From Paraspadella gotoi (taxonomy: Eukaryota > Animalia > Chaetognatha), in the NCBI GenBank assembly GCA_051294375.1, contig CM119265.1, positions 5,138,355 to 5,202,354 on the forward strand: 64,000 nt of DNA. The letters are read 5' to 3'. Within the stretch, counting starts at the first letter, position 1. Each line of letters begins with the position of its first letter. A program made the translations under genes and the position numbers. The notes under the pieces were generated by a model. That model did not search any database and was not told the DNA's origin. It was given only the letters and a program-made list of their open reading frames with translations. Below, piece after piece: positions 36,338 to 51,200 of this stretch.

Positions 36338-39190
36338 CGTCCTCCAATCTCCTGAGTAAATCAAGTTAGAATCGAGCCACGCGTACACAGGATGAAATTT
36401 TCCTCCTCGCAAACAAATTTGGCAAAAGTTCTGTCAAAAGGAATCTCGTCACCAAACGCTTCATCCTCAAACAACCGAATAAATAGGGAAAAAAAAATCT
36501 CAACCTTTTGGCAAAAAGTGACAGTTTTAAACTCGCCATTTTTTTATAATCTGGTAGACGAGATATAAAATGAACAGAAGAATCGGTTTAGTAATTTTTA
36601 AAATCTAAATCAACTTCTTTCTACTTTATAAACTGACTAAAAAAAATTATTCGACTGACCGACCAAAATCTTTCATCCCGCGTCGTCGCGGGATAAAACA
36701 TGATGCCTGCGTCAAAAATGACCTCGTTTTTTTCTTCGGAAACTCGAATCATCGCGGCCGCCATATTTGGAGTGAAAAGCAAACAAGGAATCTCAGTTTA
36801 ACTGTCAGATTTGAAAACTGGCGATTGAAATTTTTTTTTTTTGTATTTGGAATCCTTCTATTTTAATGATAATTTATTTTCTTTATTTCGTTGGAGATTT
36901 ATAGTAGTTTATTACATTACTGAGCTGTCTTTAATCTTCTTTGTTTTCACTACCTCTCGCCAAAGAAAGGAAGATGAAAAAAAATCCCAACTCAAATGGA
37001 AAATGGGAGAAGGAGGAAAATATGGGCGCCTCCTTCTGAGGTCAACGAGGAAAAAAACGAGGAGCAATAGCCAGGAAAAAGGAGGAATGGAGGAAAAGGA
37101 GGAAAAAGAAGAAAAAAAGAAGGGGGAAAAAACTCGCGATTTGGTATTCATGAAAAAGGGGAAAATGCCATTTATTTTCCGAGATTGTGTTTTTACTTCA
37201 CGCGACNNNNNNNNNNNNNNNNNNNNNNNNNNNNNNNNNNNNNNNNNNNNNNNNNNNNNNNNNNNNNNNNNNNNNNNNNNNNNNNNNNNNNNNNNNNNNN
37301 NNNNNNNNNNNNNNNNNNNNNNNNNNNNNNNNNNNNNNNNNNNNNNNNNNNNNNNNNNNNNNNNNNNNNNNNNNNNNNNNNNNNNNNNNNNNNNNNNNNN
37401 NNNNNNNNNNNNNNNNNNNNNNNNNNNNNNNNNNNNNNNNNNNNNNNNNNNNNNNNNNNNNNNNNNACATACAAATTAAATAAATATTCGAGGATGAAAA
37501 TACCCAAGATTTCCCTTTCAGAAATTTTTTTAGCCGAGCCGCGAATAAAGCTTTGGTCAACATTTTGAGATGGCATAAAGTGTCGACCTGGGGTTTTGCT
37601 TCCATTCCCTTTCTGAATCGTGACGCTTCGCAACTTCGGCAAATCCCAAGCAACCACGCCAACCCTTCCCCTTTCGTCATCACCACGATTTTCGCGACCT
37701 GCAAAGACGCCCTTATTCCCCCGCGGGTCTGTCTCGCTTCGCGCGTTCTTATTCGACCGGGCGACCCACTGCTGCCTTCTCCTTCCAGCGGCTCCAACGG
37801 GCCCACTTAGCATGGCGCCCTCTCTCTTCTCCAACGCCACAACAAAACCTTTTCGCGCGCAGTCGAATCGGATTACACTTCACTTGCGCCATCTCACGTC
37901 CGATTCCAATCGTCTTCACCGCCGGTACTGCCGCCGCCGTCGCCGCACCGCAGCCGCCCCCGACGCTGCCAAAATGAAGCGGAAAAGAGCCTCGTTAGGC
38001 GTTAAGTTCCGGGCGGAAGAATTTTGCCGCTCGAGGAAATCGCGTTTGCGGTTGGAGGAACGAGGAGGTGAGCGTTGGTTAGACAAAGACGTCGAAGGGT
38101 GAGGGAAAAAAATCGTTGAAACGGCGGAAGAATCGTAAAAATCGGAAAATGGTGAGAAGTTAAAAGTACTAAGTTAGAAACGGAATTTTGTAATACTCAA
38201 TTAACGTTTCGCAAATTTCATGCGGCGCGTTGCGTTGTGATTGTGATTTAACGGTCTCACAATCTCACGAAAAACCCGTTGCCTATTTTTTTTTCTCCTT
38301 CGCCGATTTGATCGCCCTGGGAATCACCTTCATTGGAGCAGTGGTTCCGCGTGAATGTGAAAATGGGACACGTATCTCCGTGATTCGTCGTCTTCTTGGT
38401 CTCCACGTTCATTGCGGTGAGCCTTTTCGGCTTTTCGCTGCCCGTCTCAGAGCTTTTAATCACACTTACCTCACTGGCAACCTCATTACCGCGCTTTCAC
38501 CATCGCCCCCCCCTTCAGCCTCTTCGGTCTCGGGAAAAACGTGAACCCAAATCACGACTCGCAAAACATAAAAAAAAGGAGATAGTCACGTCGAAAGATC
38601 AGCGTGATCACGTGACCATCGTCAAGACGTCGTCATTTCCGGTCATGAATCACGATTCGAGTAAAGGACGCGGCGTGAGATTGAGGGTTCGCGACGCCGG
38701 TCGGGATCCTCCACCGGCGCCGAGGTCTTGATCGCCCGATCGCCACCTCAGTTTGGTCGTTTATCGCGGCGTCAATTACTTAGCCTTGACGCGCAGAGTT
38801 TGGACAAAGAGCGGCGCCTTTTCCGTGGTATATCTCGGCTTCATTGACTCACTTTTTCTTTGGTTGAGTCTGTTTAAGTTGAGTTAAGATCTTTCAGGGA
38901 AGAAGAATATATTTACTGATCAAAATACTATCAAACTCAAAGCTGACGTCTTCAGGTTTATTGACCCCGTATATAACGAGTTAATACGTTAATTAGTGAC
39001 TCTTAACGACGCTCGTAAAGACGTAAAGACTCATCCTACGTAACGTCGACTCTTTCGCCGGAAAACTTGACGAATCATCGTCGGACGCGACTTCATTCGC
39101 GCCGAGAGACGAGACCGAGTGAAAATTACCGTCATCGTAGATCGTCGACCGGAATTACGTCACGGAGGCGCCATTCTCTCTCTTCTCTCC

Positions 39191-39278
<88 letters not shown>

Positions 39279-39335
39279 CTCCTCTCTCTCTCTCTCTCTC
39301 CTCTGTCTCTTCTCTCTCTCTCCCTTCTCCATATC

Positions 39336-39366
<31 letters not shown>

Positions 39367-42300
39367 GTCGGCCAAAGCGTTCCCGCGCGTGCCGTTTGGC
39401 GGAAGAGGCGGCGCAGAGAGAGCGGCGTCCGGGCGGCGAGGCGTGCCAAGTTTCGCTAGCGTAACGGCTTTCTAGATTATGATTCTTGATGAAAAATATT
39501 TTTTATGTTCTTAAAAGTGAAACTCAAAAAGAGAACTGCGTAAAACTTAATATGGTCACGAATATAAATTATAATTCCTGATATAATTTTTTAACTAGTA
39601 CATAAATATTCCCCTGGAAGATAAAGCCGAAGTCATCAAGACAAATAAGCGTTTCAACCTTGATTCACTAACAATCCAAATTAGATAATAGTTATTACTA
39701 CGAACTAATAAAAAAGCTCTGTGCCACAGAGTTATCCAATCCGACCGCAAACGAGAGCTCGTAATAGTAACGACTCCGCCAGTCCCCGCCTCGTCCGCCT
39801 ATCGGTTGAGGAAGAAACGAGGAAAATGACGTCAACAAACGAAAAGTCGATCCGAGCGGAGAAAAGGTTTTTTTCTTCTTCGGAGGCCGAAAGGTCGAAT
39901 TCAGAGTCGAAGGCATCAACCGGAAGTGGAAAATCACGTGACCGCGTAATGGGCGGAGGGGAACGCCCAAGATGGCAGAAGTATGGTCTCGGGTGGGGGG
40001 AGTGAAGGAAAAGGTAGGTCGGAGGGAAAAGTGAGTTTGGAAAGATAAAAATTATGAATGGGAGAATGATAGAGAACATGAACGCAAGGAGGAAAAAAAA
40101 AAAGAATAAGAAAAAAATGAGAAGAGAAGTTAAATGAAAAAAAATAATTTGGAAAATTCAGTCAAGATAAGAACTGAAGAATTAAAGACAGAAAATGCTA
40201 ACAGGAAAAAAACCCCCAAAAACCCAGAAACCCGGAAAGAAGCGACGAACGAACGAAAAAAAATTGACATCCGGTTTGAAATACGGCTCGGATATGAATA
40301 GCGCCTCTTTACGCTGGATGCAGGTTAATAGCTCGACTCATTTGGAAGCAATGTATCACAGACACGTCCCCCCTTCTCTTCCGCCCCCCCCCTTGTTTCC
40401 TCCGGGGCCGGAAGACCGGCGCGTGGAACGGATTATGGCTTCTCTGACAATAGCGACGAGGGGTTGGGGGGGGCGTGGTATTCTGACAGCGCCGGCGGCG
40501 ACTCCTGACGGCGACGGAATGAAGACGGATCGTTTGCCTCGGATGCATAATTCAAGGAAGACGTCAAAACGAGGATTTCTCGGTTGATCCCGGGCCAAAA
40601 GAAAAACATTTCCGGCCGGATATATATATTTTACCGGCGGCCGAGAAAACCGTTCGCACTGGGAAAGCCGTACAAAGGAAGGTTGTCCCTCGGCAAGGTG
40701 ATTTATGAAGCGGGTTTATATCGGTCGAGGATTCTGCGGAATATTTTTGGATGAGAAAACGATTGAGAATGTTTTCCAGTTTGTTTTTGTTTACATACGT
40801 CTTTTTTCTTCTCAAGGTAGGGATGTAACTGGCATTGCATCGACCAGGTGCGTCGAAAAATGTGAAGCAACTCGTTAAATATGCAACGAATGCAAACGAA
40901 CGTGAGCAGGCAAAGCTGCGCTATTTTTAGCCAAGCATATAAACCCCGGGCGAGGGGAAGGAAAGTTAGTTTTCGTCTCTCACTCGCGACGAAGAAGATT
41001 TCGAAGACGAGAGAAAAAAATGGCGCTAGCGACTGTTACGCCTGATTCGTGTTCAGAGGGCGCCTGACACGAATGTTACAGGCGCCTGATGCGCCTTTAG
41101 CCCGATTTTGCGATTGGCAAAGGCTTTTAGCGCCGCGGCGACGATGCTTTTAATCAAAGGCACAGATTTCCTTTTTTTGGGGGGAACGAAAAAAAAAAAC
41201 CTAAAAAAGAAAAAAAAAACGGGATAAACTGATAAAATTTCGATCGAGTTTCTTTTTCTGCCCAGAAAACACGAGGAGGAAAGTGCTAATGGATTTTGTA
41301 CCGAATGTCGTTTTTCCATTTCTGACGAAAGATGCGATCGTGCGTCTTTTTCATATGTACGCGCATTCTCTATTTCCATTTTATTTGATTTGTTTTTACT
41401 TTCTTTTCCTATTTTTTTTCTACATTTTTTCGCGCGATACTCGTCTCGCAAATTTAATTGGCCTTTGAGCTTTACTAAAATTCCGCATAATTTTTATTCT
41501 TATTTGCATTTAGAAGCAATTTAGTTAGTGTAGAAGACGAAAATAGTAATAATAAAAAGAAGAGGAGGGTGAAGAATTGTGACGTTGTAATAGAATTAGA
41601 AAATCAGTGAGAAAAGAAGTGAAAAGAAGTGAGTTTAGATTAATAATCGCCAGCTTAACGAAACTAAGTTGCAAAGAAATCCAGCTAGTATTTAAAATTG
41701 ATCTCGACAACGTATCACCTAATTTAATAATAAAAAAAAACCAACCTAATATGTAACACGACTTGCTATCACGTGAAAATCTTCACAGTATCTCAAGAGA
41801 TGGACGTCTCGGAAAAGTCCTTCCCACCCAAACGTGAAGAAGCGGATTCTGAGAAAAACGAAATGAAGTAGACGACGCCGACGTCTCCATGGAGAAAGAG
41901 TGGACCAGAAGAGATATGGAACCGATGGAACCAATAGAATTTCCATGGGGGGGGGGTGAGGCTTAAGGGATGTGTAGTGAGCGAAGTCGATAAAACCGGA
42001 AATGGCGTAAAAGACGCGGGGGGGGGGGGCGATCGAAGATCATCCGGCGAGTCGGTCGGGGTATTAAACGGAAATCCGATATCTCAGAGGGAACAGGCGC
42101 CCGGGACGATTATCGTGGGATTCGATATGAGGGAAGGATTTTTTTTTAAATCGACGAGACGAGTTTTTACAATTCATTTAAACATATTANNNNNNNNNNT
42201 TAAAGCTATTGTTTGTAATAAATTCATTACGTGACTCTCAAATCGCAGCATCGCGAGACACCCAATCTTCTCTCCGCTCAAAACTCACGATCGAAAGCAA

Positions 42301-43184
42301 CGAAAACCCACGATCGCCATCTCACGTTCGGAGGAAGAACAATAAAGAATAAAAAAAAGGAAAAAGAAAGGAGAAGAAAATATAAAGGAGAAAAGAAAAA
42401 AAAAAGGAGGGACAGAGAATGAAATGGATGAAGTCGAATCGCGCAGCCACCGGAACTAATTGGGAAATACGAGGCGCCTTAATCCTCATCTCCATTCCGC
42501 CTCAGACCATCCTTATGGAAATGAGGTCACACTCGCTGGAATCCCGAGGATGGCGGAGGTGGTGGTGGGGGTGGTCGGAGGTGGGGGGGGGGAGAGTTGA
42601 ATCGGAAATCGGAGAATGTGAATCTTGAGGTGAAATCGAGAGAATGAGAGAATCTCGGAAAAGGAAATCCAGTTCGATTCGTGGAATGGAGCGGTAAGGA
42701 AAAGAAAATGGCGGAGATGATTCGGCGAAAGAGTTTGATTTCGGTGAGTGGATGAGAGAGGAAAAGAAGAAAAAAGAAAAAAAAAGAAAAAGAAAGAGAC
42801 TGAAGAAAAGAGCAGAATCTCGATGAAATAAGTAAAGCACGATTTACATTTGCAATTGCTTACATTTTCGTTCCAAGTATGTTTGCTTGAAATAAATAGC
42901 TAATACATCTTTCGTCTACCTTTTTGTTTTCTTTCTCTTCATCTTCCGCGCACCACATTAATTTTTCAATGAGAATGGATTCAAAAACCATAAAGTTTAC
43001 GTCGGCGACGTCTAAAGAGGAAAAGAAAAAATCCCCAAACGACAAAACTACGACGACGGAGATGGGGAACGCCGCCGACAACCAGAATCGTTGATGATGA
43101 TGTAGAACCTCATGATTTTTCGCGCACCGGAGAGAGAGAGAGAGAGAAAGACGAGAGAGAGACGAGAGAGAGAGAGACGAGAAG

Positions 43185-43232
<48 letters not shown>

Positions 43233-43542
43233 ATCTGGAAGAGACGATTACGTCTCATGAAAAAAAATCGCGTTAGCGTTAATGCAGCCCCATATTTTTT
43301 TTCTACTTCCGCTGGCGCATCCCTTTTTCATTTCTGCGATCTGGGAGCTGGGTGTGAAAACCATCCTCACCCATCCTCACCCATCTCTCTTTTTCCCAGC
43401 CGCTCACACTTTTTCCCTTCCCGCACTTTTGGTCCCCGTCGTTCCGAGATAAAGTCCGCGAGAGGTCATCCCTCAGATTCGCTGACCGCGAAAAAAAAAA
43501 AACTACCGACGTCGCTTCCGAGGTCAGAGAGTAGACGGACCA

Positions 43543-43610
43543 AGAGTCGGCGCCACGAGGCCGGCGTCAGGAAGAGCGCCTCAGAGTCGGCGCCACGCCC
43601 CGGCGTCGAG
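43543..43610. repeat. Short tandem duplication (AGAGTCGGCGCCACG...CCGGCGTC x2)
   Basis: Two imperfect copies about 39 bp apart. Confidence 0.6.
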
Positions 43611-44082
43611 GTCGAGACGAGTTTGACCGCGATCGTCGGAGCGGGGGTAAGTTCGTTGGGTCTGGATTACGAGATTGGATCGAAATGGAGCAAAAAGGTG
43701 AGGCGAGTCGGCTTAGAGTTCGGCGAGTGCGCTCGATAGCGAAGGGAAGTAGCGAGAGGAAAGGAGCGGAAATAGCTTATCATTGTAGGTAATCATGAAA
43801 ATTCTTGTTTATTTAGTTATTTTGATAATCCATTTTGATCATTTATTTTCTTTTATTATGATTTTAATAGATTTTTCGTTAAGAAATAAAAAAAATAGCA
43901 AAAAATACGAATTGCGAATATAGTTAATTATAACGAAAATTTAAGCGAATTTACCGTATATTAAATTTTAAAACAAGTGTTTCCAACGTTATATGTACAA
44001 TTGTACCTTGATTCTAACTTCTAAGTATTATTACTATATTAAACCACTTCCAATAACTTACATTTACTATTCCCCCAACTGA

Positions 44083-44196
44083 AACTAAACAATAACTCAA
44101 ATTATATAGACCAAAAGGAAATATATCTCCGGGAAAATATACTAAACAATAACTCAAATCATATAGACCAGAAGGAAAATATCTCCGGGGAAATAT
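44083..44196. repeat. ~57-bp tandem duplication
   Basis: ACTAAACAATAACTCAAAT(T/C)ATATAGACCA(A/G)AAGGAAA..ATCTCCGGG(A/G)AAATAT occurs twice. Confidence 0.85.
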
Positions 44197-45253
44197 GCGA
44201 TGTTTGTATCGCGACGCGGAAAGTCGGGAGGGCGGCGTAATCGAACGAGGGGTGAGGTCGGGTGGGGGGGCATCTGGTGAGAAAAAAAGGTGAGTTCCCT
44301 CAACACTTTTTCCTCTCCAACGGGTTTTCTCCTTCTGTTTGTAATTAATCTTTCGGACGACGACAGCTAGGACGACAGCCAGAGCGACGATGGCGTCGAC
44401 GACGGCGACGAAAGCAAAGGCGGCACAAAAGAGTCCAGCTTCGTAAGTTTTCTATAAATTCTGCGGCGCCGAAGGCTAAAAAGGGAAGAAAACAGAGAGG
44501 GAGGAGGGAGGGAGTGAGTTGCCGGAAGTGGGCGTGGCTGAGAGGAAAAAAAGGAGGTTGGGTGGAAAGTACGTATGAAGCTTGGTGACTGCGAGTATAT
44601 GGAGATCGGGCTTATGTGAGGATATAGGGGCGGTGAGAGAAGAAAAGAAAATGGAGAATAGAGATAGAAGACGTGAGGAAAGAAAATGTGAACGAGAGAA
44701 TAGAATGACGTGGAAGGGAAGAGAATAAAGATTTGTGAAAGAAACGAAATTTGAAACGAAGGAAGGAGAAAATAATGGCGGTGAGTGGCGGTGAGTGGGG
44801 GAGAGACGAATGGCACAGACCGGTATGAGCAAAAGGGTAGTGGAATGAAGATGGCAAAAATCACAGGGTGGCAGTGACTTGCGAAGAAAGTGAAATCAGT
44901 GAGATCACGTGAAAGCTGCGAAAGCGAACGACCTCGACCGAATTCGTGACGCTTCCATTGACGTTCGTGAGTATCGTGTATCTCAGCCACGAGAGGGCCG
45001 AGAGGCGTTAATGGAGAACACGAAGGGAGTGTTAGTCCAAGAGTAAAAAAAGATCCGAAGAGATTCGTGGCGAGAGACCATGGGTGACGAAAGGAGTGAC
45101 CTCGAAATAACCTCGGCCCCCAAAACCAGCGCCGGCGTCGCCTCCATCTCAACATATTTATCTTTATCTCTCTCTCTCTCTCTCTCTTTCGTCCATCTTT
45201 TTCATTTCGCCTTTCATCTCCGTGGCATCAGAGGAATAAAAAAAAATCAGGGC

Positions 45254-45286
<33 letters not shown>

Positions 45287-48200
45287 CGGATGTCTTTTTG
45301 TTTGTACAAAAAAAACGGGCGTGACTCATCCAGTCAAGTCGGGCGACGCCGCCCGCTTCCGTCGCCGCCATCTTTGATCCTTTCAATTTCCATTTTTTTT
45401 CTCTTATTTTCGTTGAGGAAAGAATCGGATCGCGGTTCCGAGTCGGGGGGGGGGAGAGTATGGTGGTGGTGGTGATGGTGATGGCGATTTTTTAATTATA
45501 AAATTACGAAAATCCTTTCCGACGGATCCCGTCAATTCGAAGCCATGTCTATGCTATCGCAGACTACAGTCTACAGACTCAAACCACCGTTAATAGATCT
45601 TAGATTTCACCAAAACTAATCCTACATTCAGAACAGCTCCCTCAAATCCACATAACGCGCGAAAATGCCGTAAAACACCCGATCCCTAAACCGTAAAATT
45701 GGTGTTTGGCATCCCGGAAAGGCGCTTATCCGAGATCCGGTTCGTCACTCTAAAAAAAACAAAAGCGAAAGGATCCGGCTTCTCGCGTTTCCAGGCGTCG
45801 GATGTCGCTTGAATATATGCGTAAGATTTCCATCTTTTACGACGTTTACGACGCGGTCGTCTTCGTCCGCGGGCTGTCGTCGTCGTCGTCGTCGTCGTTA
45901 CCGTTTTTGAAAAGAAAAGGGTTAAGGTTTTCGCTCTTCGCTTATCTTTAACCCCGATGATCTTCCATAACCTCGACGACGACGACGACGACGACGACGA
46001 TAACTATGACAAGAAGACGAGAGGAATGACAACGACGAAGCCGACGACGACGACGACGACGACGCTGACGCCGCGATGTCCGTGGAGTTTTTTTTTCCCT
46101 TGAACTCGAGAGACATAAACGTCACTGACGGTAGAAACGAGTTCTAACGAGCGACCGTAACCCGAGAAACCGCCGGCCAAACTCGTCGAAGATAACGTAA
46201 GTCGTCTTCGTGGTCGTCGTCGCGGTCCTTGTTCGTCTTCATTATCGTCGTCATCATCGTCGTCGTCGAAGACTTTGCCTTTGGGTCATAAATTCTTTCC
46301 TCTTCACTTTTTCCTTCTAACGTCCGACGGTCAAAAGAAAGAAGGAAAAAAAGAAAAGGAAGGAGATAAAAGGGGGGAAAAAAAAGGATGAATATACGAG
46401 ACCGCGCCCACTCACTGACGCTCAGCGGGAAATAAATACTCCAGGCGTCAGCCGCGTGGTGGCGCTCGAAGTGGTTAACGAGGGATTGCTCGATCGTGGT
46501 CCGAGAATTGGCCGATTACGAGTTTCTTGGATATATTCTTACGCCAGCTGGAATTTTTTGTTTTACAAGTTAAAAGTTTAAACCCAACGAGCTCCCAGAA
46601 AATCCAAAATTCATTGGCGACCTCGAGGCAAACCCGCCTCTCAAAAGAACTCACTTGACCCTTGCCGCCACAGGAAACTACCGACTCGTTCAGCGCCTTA
46701 CCTTCCGCCCAGAAGCTGGAAGGAGCGACGTGGATATGACCCAACATCAATTTAACGACGCTAAATGGACTTTGGGACACAAAGGGAAGCGGAGAATGTC
46801 TTCGCGAGGCTGGATTGGGGGTGGGGAATCAACGCTGAATATTCGGTGGAAAATAGGTAAGTCTAAGAGGTAGTTTCATTGCGACTCGCATTTCTCACAA
46901 GTGTGGAGAAAAAACGTTCTTTTGCAATTTCTTTAAAAGGGAATCACCAGAGTCTACATCCTCGCCAATGACCTTTTGAACAAGAACGTTTGGACAGATT
47001 TACGAGGGTCAATTAAACGATGAGAGAGAGAGAGAGATGGAGAGACTGAGAGAGTTGAAGGAGAGAGAGAGAGAGTTTTTAAACCCGGAATCACGCCGAC
47101 GTGTTTCCATCTTGTTTTCGGACGTGAGGCGAGACGAACTTTTCCCTTCTGGCCGAAAGATGGCGACCGCGCATTGGGAAAATTAATCTGGATAATAAAT
47201 TTGATTTATACTCGTTGCTGAATTCACTTCGGGGACAAAGAGGAGGCAAAGACGAAAAGACGAAAAAGCGAGACATTTGGAGACTCGGTCAATCGAAAGG
47301 TCCGAATGTCAATTCGCTAAAACCGGACAAAAGAAACGGAGCGAAAGAAAAGAGGAATCGGCGCCGAAAGTCGAATTCTGAAGGTGGCGCGACGAGTCTC
47401 GGGAGAGTCTTTTGTTTGAGGAATGGAAGGGAGGGACGGACGGAGGGGAGAGAAGGGGAGAGAGCGAGAAAATGAGATAGAGACGAAAATACGAAGTTTT
47501 GGAAGAAAAAGAGAAAGAACTAAAGGAGAGAGGGAGACATAAAAATTAGGAGAGGGAGAGAGAAAGAAGAGAGAATGAGCGGGAGAAAAGAGAAAAGCAG
47601 AGAAGAATATTTAAAGAAACTGATTTTAAAAGGAGGAAGAAAATAGGATAAAAATAGGGATAGAAATAAAGAAGGAAACACTTTTTGAAACCACCCAGAA
47701 GGAAAAAAGTGAAGCAGAAAGAAATAAAAGGGAATGACTTCCGTTTCGATTCCCTTTAATTCGTCGTCTTCCTTCTTCCGGATTCCGGACCAGCCTCTCC
47801 TCATTTGCATAAACGCCGGAGATTGGAAAACTCTCGTAAACGCGCCGACTGGTCTTTTTTTTTNNNNNNNNNNNNNNNNNNNNNNNNNNNNNNNNNNNNN
47901 NNNNNNNNNNNNNNNNNNNNNNNNNNNNNNNNNNNNNNNNNNNNNNNNNNNNNNNNNNNNNNNNNNNNNNNNNNNNNNNNNNNNNNNNNNNNNNNNNNNN
48001 NNNNNNNNNNNNNNNNNNNNNNNNNNNTCTCTCTCACTTTCCCTCTCATTTCATTTCTTCATTCTTCATATTTTTATTTCCCATTTTTAACGTTCTCCTT
48101 TTTTTGTTTTTCTCCCCGTCTTCATTTTTTACGTCACCCTTTTTATTTTCCGTCGCACGCCTCCCAGATTTTTACGTCAACTCGCGGAACGTAGGAAATA

Positions 48201-51200
48201 AAAAACGAGAAAAATAAACGAGAAGGAGAAAATTGGTCGAAAAAAATGAAAGAAAAAAAGGGTTTTTTTTCCTGCCCCGCGTCGTCCCCATTTTTTGAAA
48301 GTGAAAAGAAAAAATGTGAAAAAATACGTTTCCCATTTTAAAAGGAGAAAAAGAAGTCAAGTGTGGGACGAGGGGAGGCCGAGGCGTTGGGTGACCGGTT
48401 TAGGGTGGTAACATTGGGTGGCTTGGAAAGAAATGGGCCATATATGAGAGATGATCTCTTCACAGTTTTCTTTTTAAGTCTTAAAGTTTTAAAAGTTGTT
48501 CTTATCATTTTTGTGCCCGCCTTTCTTCCTTTGCCCTTGCCGATTTATGGAGAGGAACATCCAGAGCTTTTCCTTAGACGATTTCGCTAAAACTAAAAGC
48601 GAAAGTGAAAAATTTGACGAAAAATCGTCAAATTTTGACGACGCTTAGATGCGAGACTTTTACAAAAATCTCGGCTGATGATGCCCAAAATAGTTTATAC
48701 TTTGTATAATGGATTTCGTTCAACCTCCAGCAGCCCTATTTAGAACATTTTACCGGACTGTTGAGCAATCTTTGCTTGCATCTCTAGATCTTTGCTCGCA
48801 CATGCAATCAGTGGCTGCGTTGGCGCGAAGCCTGCTCTCATATTTACGACTGATACGCGACAAATTTCACGGGCGCAACTTTTTTTTCGTAGATGAAATT
48901 AAATTTTGGTTTTACGAGATTTTTTTATGAGAATTTTTCAGGGCTTTTGGAGTTTTTATGTCATGAGTTGGAGCCACAAAGGCTCCTATTAGATCCTTCA
49001 TATTTCGAATACGTACATTTTAATAAAAAAAAGTCCAAGACTAGAATGATGCTTTTTTTTCCCTTTTCCCGTCAAAACCTACGTAAAATCTTCGAAGTTT
49101 AACAGCGTGTTTATCATAAGATGTCATAAGATGGCATAAGATGTCTCATTCATCCGACTTGCCCTCCCTCTCATCATCTTGGGTCAGAGTCGCGAATTTA
49201 CGATTCTCCCATCAGAAAATCCGCTGCCGACAGCGAATCCAATCCGTCCATCCGTCCATCCGTCAATCCCTTCTCTTTTCTTCGCTCTCCGATCACAAAT
49301 CATATCTGACTGATGCCCTTGAGACAAAAGGGAAATTGGGAAGAAAGGAGGAAGACGACGACGACGACGACGACGACGACACGACGGACGCCGCGACGCA
49401 CGACGACGACGACGACGACGACGCCGACGACGACGACGATGACGATGACGACGGTGATGTCAATGACGAGGTTTGACGATATCTGCGATACTTATTAAAT
49501 CCGCCTATTAGATTGAGACAGAATGATCTCTGTGAGAAGAAACGTAACAAGCAAGTTATAAATAAACATAAATAGGCCCCTCATTCCTTGAATCTCATAC
49601 TTTAATTAGGTAACCCCGAATTATAAATACAGTAGTTTGGTTTTCCCAAATCTTCCCATTTTTTTTTCGTCTGACGCACNNNNNNNNNNCATCACCTAAT
49701 CACCCCATCATCCCATGACTCCATCATCGTCCCAGTCTTTCCCCCATCTTTCCTTCTGATCTCATCTCCGTTGCTCATTCATCGCGTTTTTATCACCGGA
49801 ATTTTTCGCCACTGGTTTTTCCCCAATGTCCCCACCATCCCACCACCCACCACAATCCCAACCACCCTCAAACAACCCTAACGCTCACCCGCCAACCCCC
49901 CCCCACCCCTAAAACCGTCGCACGGTGAAGGTCGTTGAATAATACATCCGAAGAGAGAGTTTATGTACGGAAACGAGGGAGATTATGGCCCCAGAGTCCC
50001 GATGTCGATCCGCTCATCCTTCTTAGTTCCCTTATTAATAACCCCTGGATATCGAATTACATCCGGAGGGGAAGGGGGAGGATTTTTCCTGACCAAACGA
50101 TGAAGATCGAGAGACAAGAATCGTGGATGTAATCGCGTCTTAGCGGGGAAAGAATTTCCGAATGGAGTATGAAATCTTACGGAATTGTTAAATATGTATT
50201 TTCGCTAACTAACTCAATACTATCACTTCGATAGAAGTTATAACCGGATATAATTTCGAAAGGCGATCTTGAATTCGTACCCGGATCTCATTTCCTTACG
50301 TGTATACGAACCCGTATACCCGGATGTCATTCGCTCCTATCGTCATTTGTTTCCGTCTTCGATTCAGTTTCTCGTAGGAACTGACGTCGACAGAAGCGGA
50401 AAAGAATAATGACTCCGCGTCGGTCTTACCCAAGACTTTCCGGCGGTTCTCGAGTTTCCGCCACCGCCGCCAGCATTTCCGGCTCTTTTCCCCGACAGCA
50501 ACGCATTCGCTGGTTATTCCGAGAGGCCGCACCCGACGCAGGCGGCGCCGCCTAATGACCAGACTTTGCACCTGACCCTTTTGTTTAGGCCGCTCAGGAC
50601 GTCGATTCCCTTACCTTCCACTCCTCACCCGTCCCTTCTATTCTGGCCGAAAAAGGTTTGACCAATGTTCCTAATGTTGTCCGACGACCACTGGTAAAAG
50701 GCATCGTCGCCGACGCCATTTTGGAAAACGCTTTTTGTTGCTAGGCAACGGAAGAAATAGAAATAACAATTTTTTTTCTTTAAAGACCCGAGATATCAAA
50801 TCCAGAAATGAGCAACAATGAATGATTACGAGAAAATAAAAGAGANNNNNNNNNNNNNNNNNNNNNNNNNNNNNNNNNNNNNNNNNNNNNNNNNNNNNNN
50901 NNNNNNNNNNNNNNNNNNNNNNNNNNNNNNNNNNNNNNNNNNNNNNNNNNNNNNNNNNNNNNNNNNNNNNNNNNNNNNNNNNNNNNNNNNNNNNNNNNNN
51001 NNNNNNNNNNNNNNNNNNNNNNNNNNNNNNNNNNNNNNNNNNNNNNNNNNNNNNNNNACGAAATTATGAATATCTCTGTTGGGATCGCCTGGTTTGAGCT
51101 GCGTTTTAAACGAGATTAAATCATTCTCGATCTGAACTTCGTCTCTTTAATAACTGCCACACCGCTTGATTTTTTTCCTTTTTCCTTTTTTGCCTCTATG

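Noticed and set aside
44083-44196. Direct repeats as a CRISPR-like array
   Set aside because: Only two adjacent units with no spacers, in a eukaryotic context.
48670-48700. CTGATGATGCC, a typical hammerhead 5' half (similar starts at 21233, 24885, 57882)
   Set aside because: No complementary stem II or GAAA downstream.
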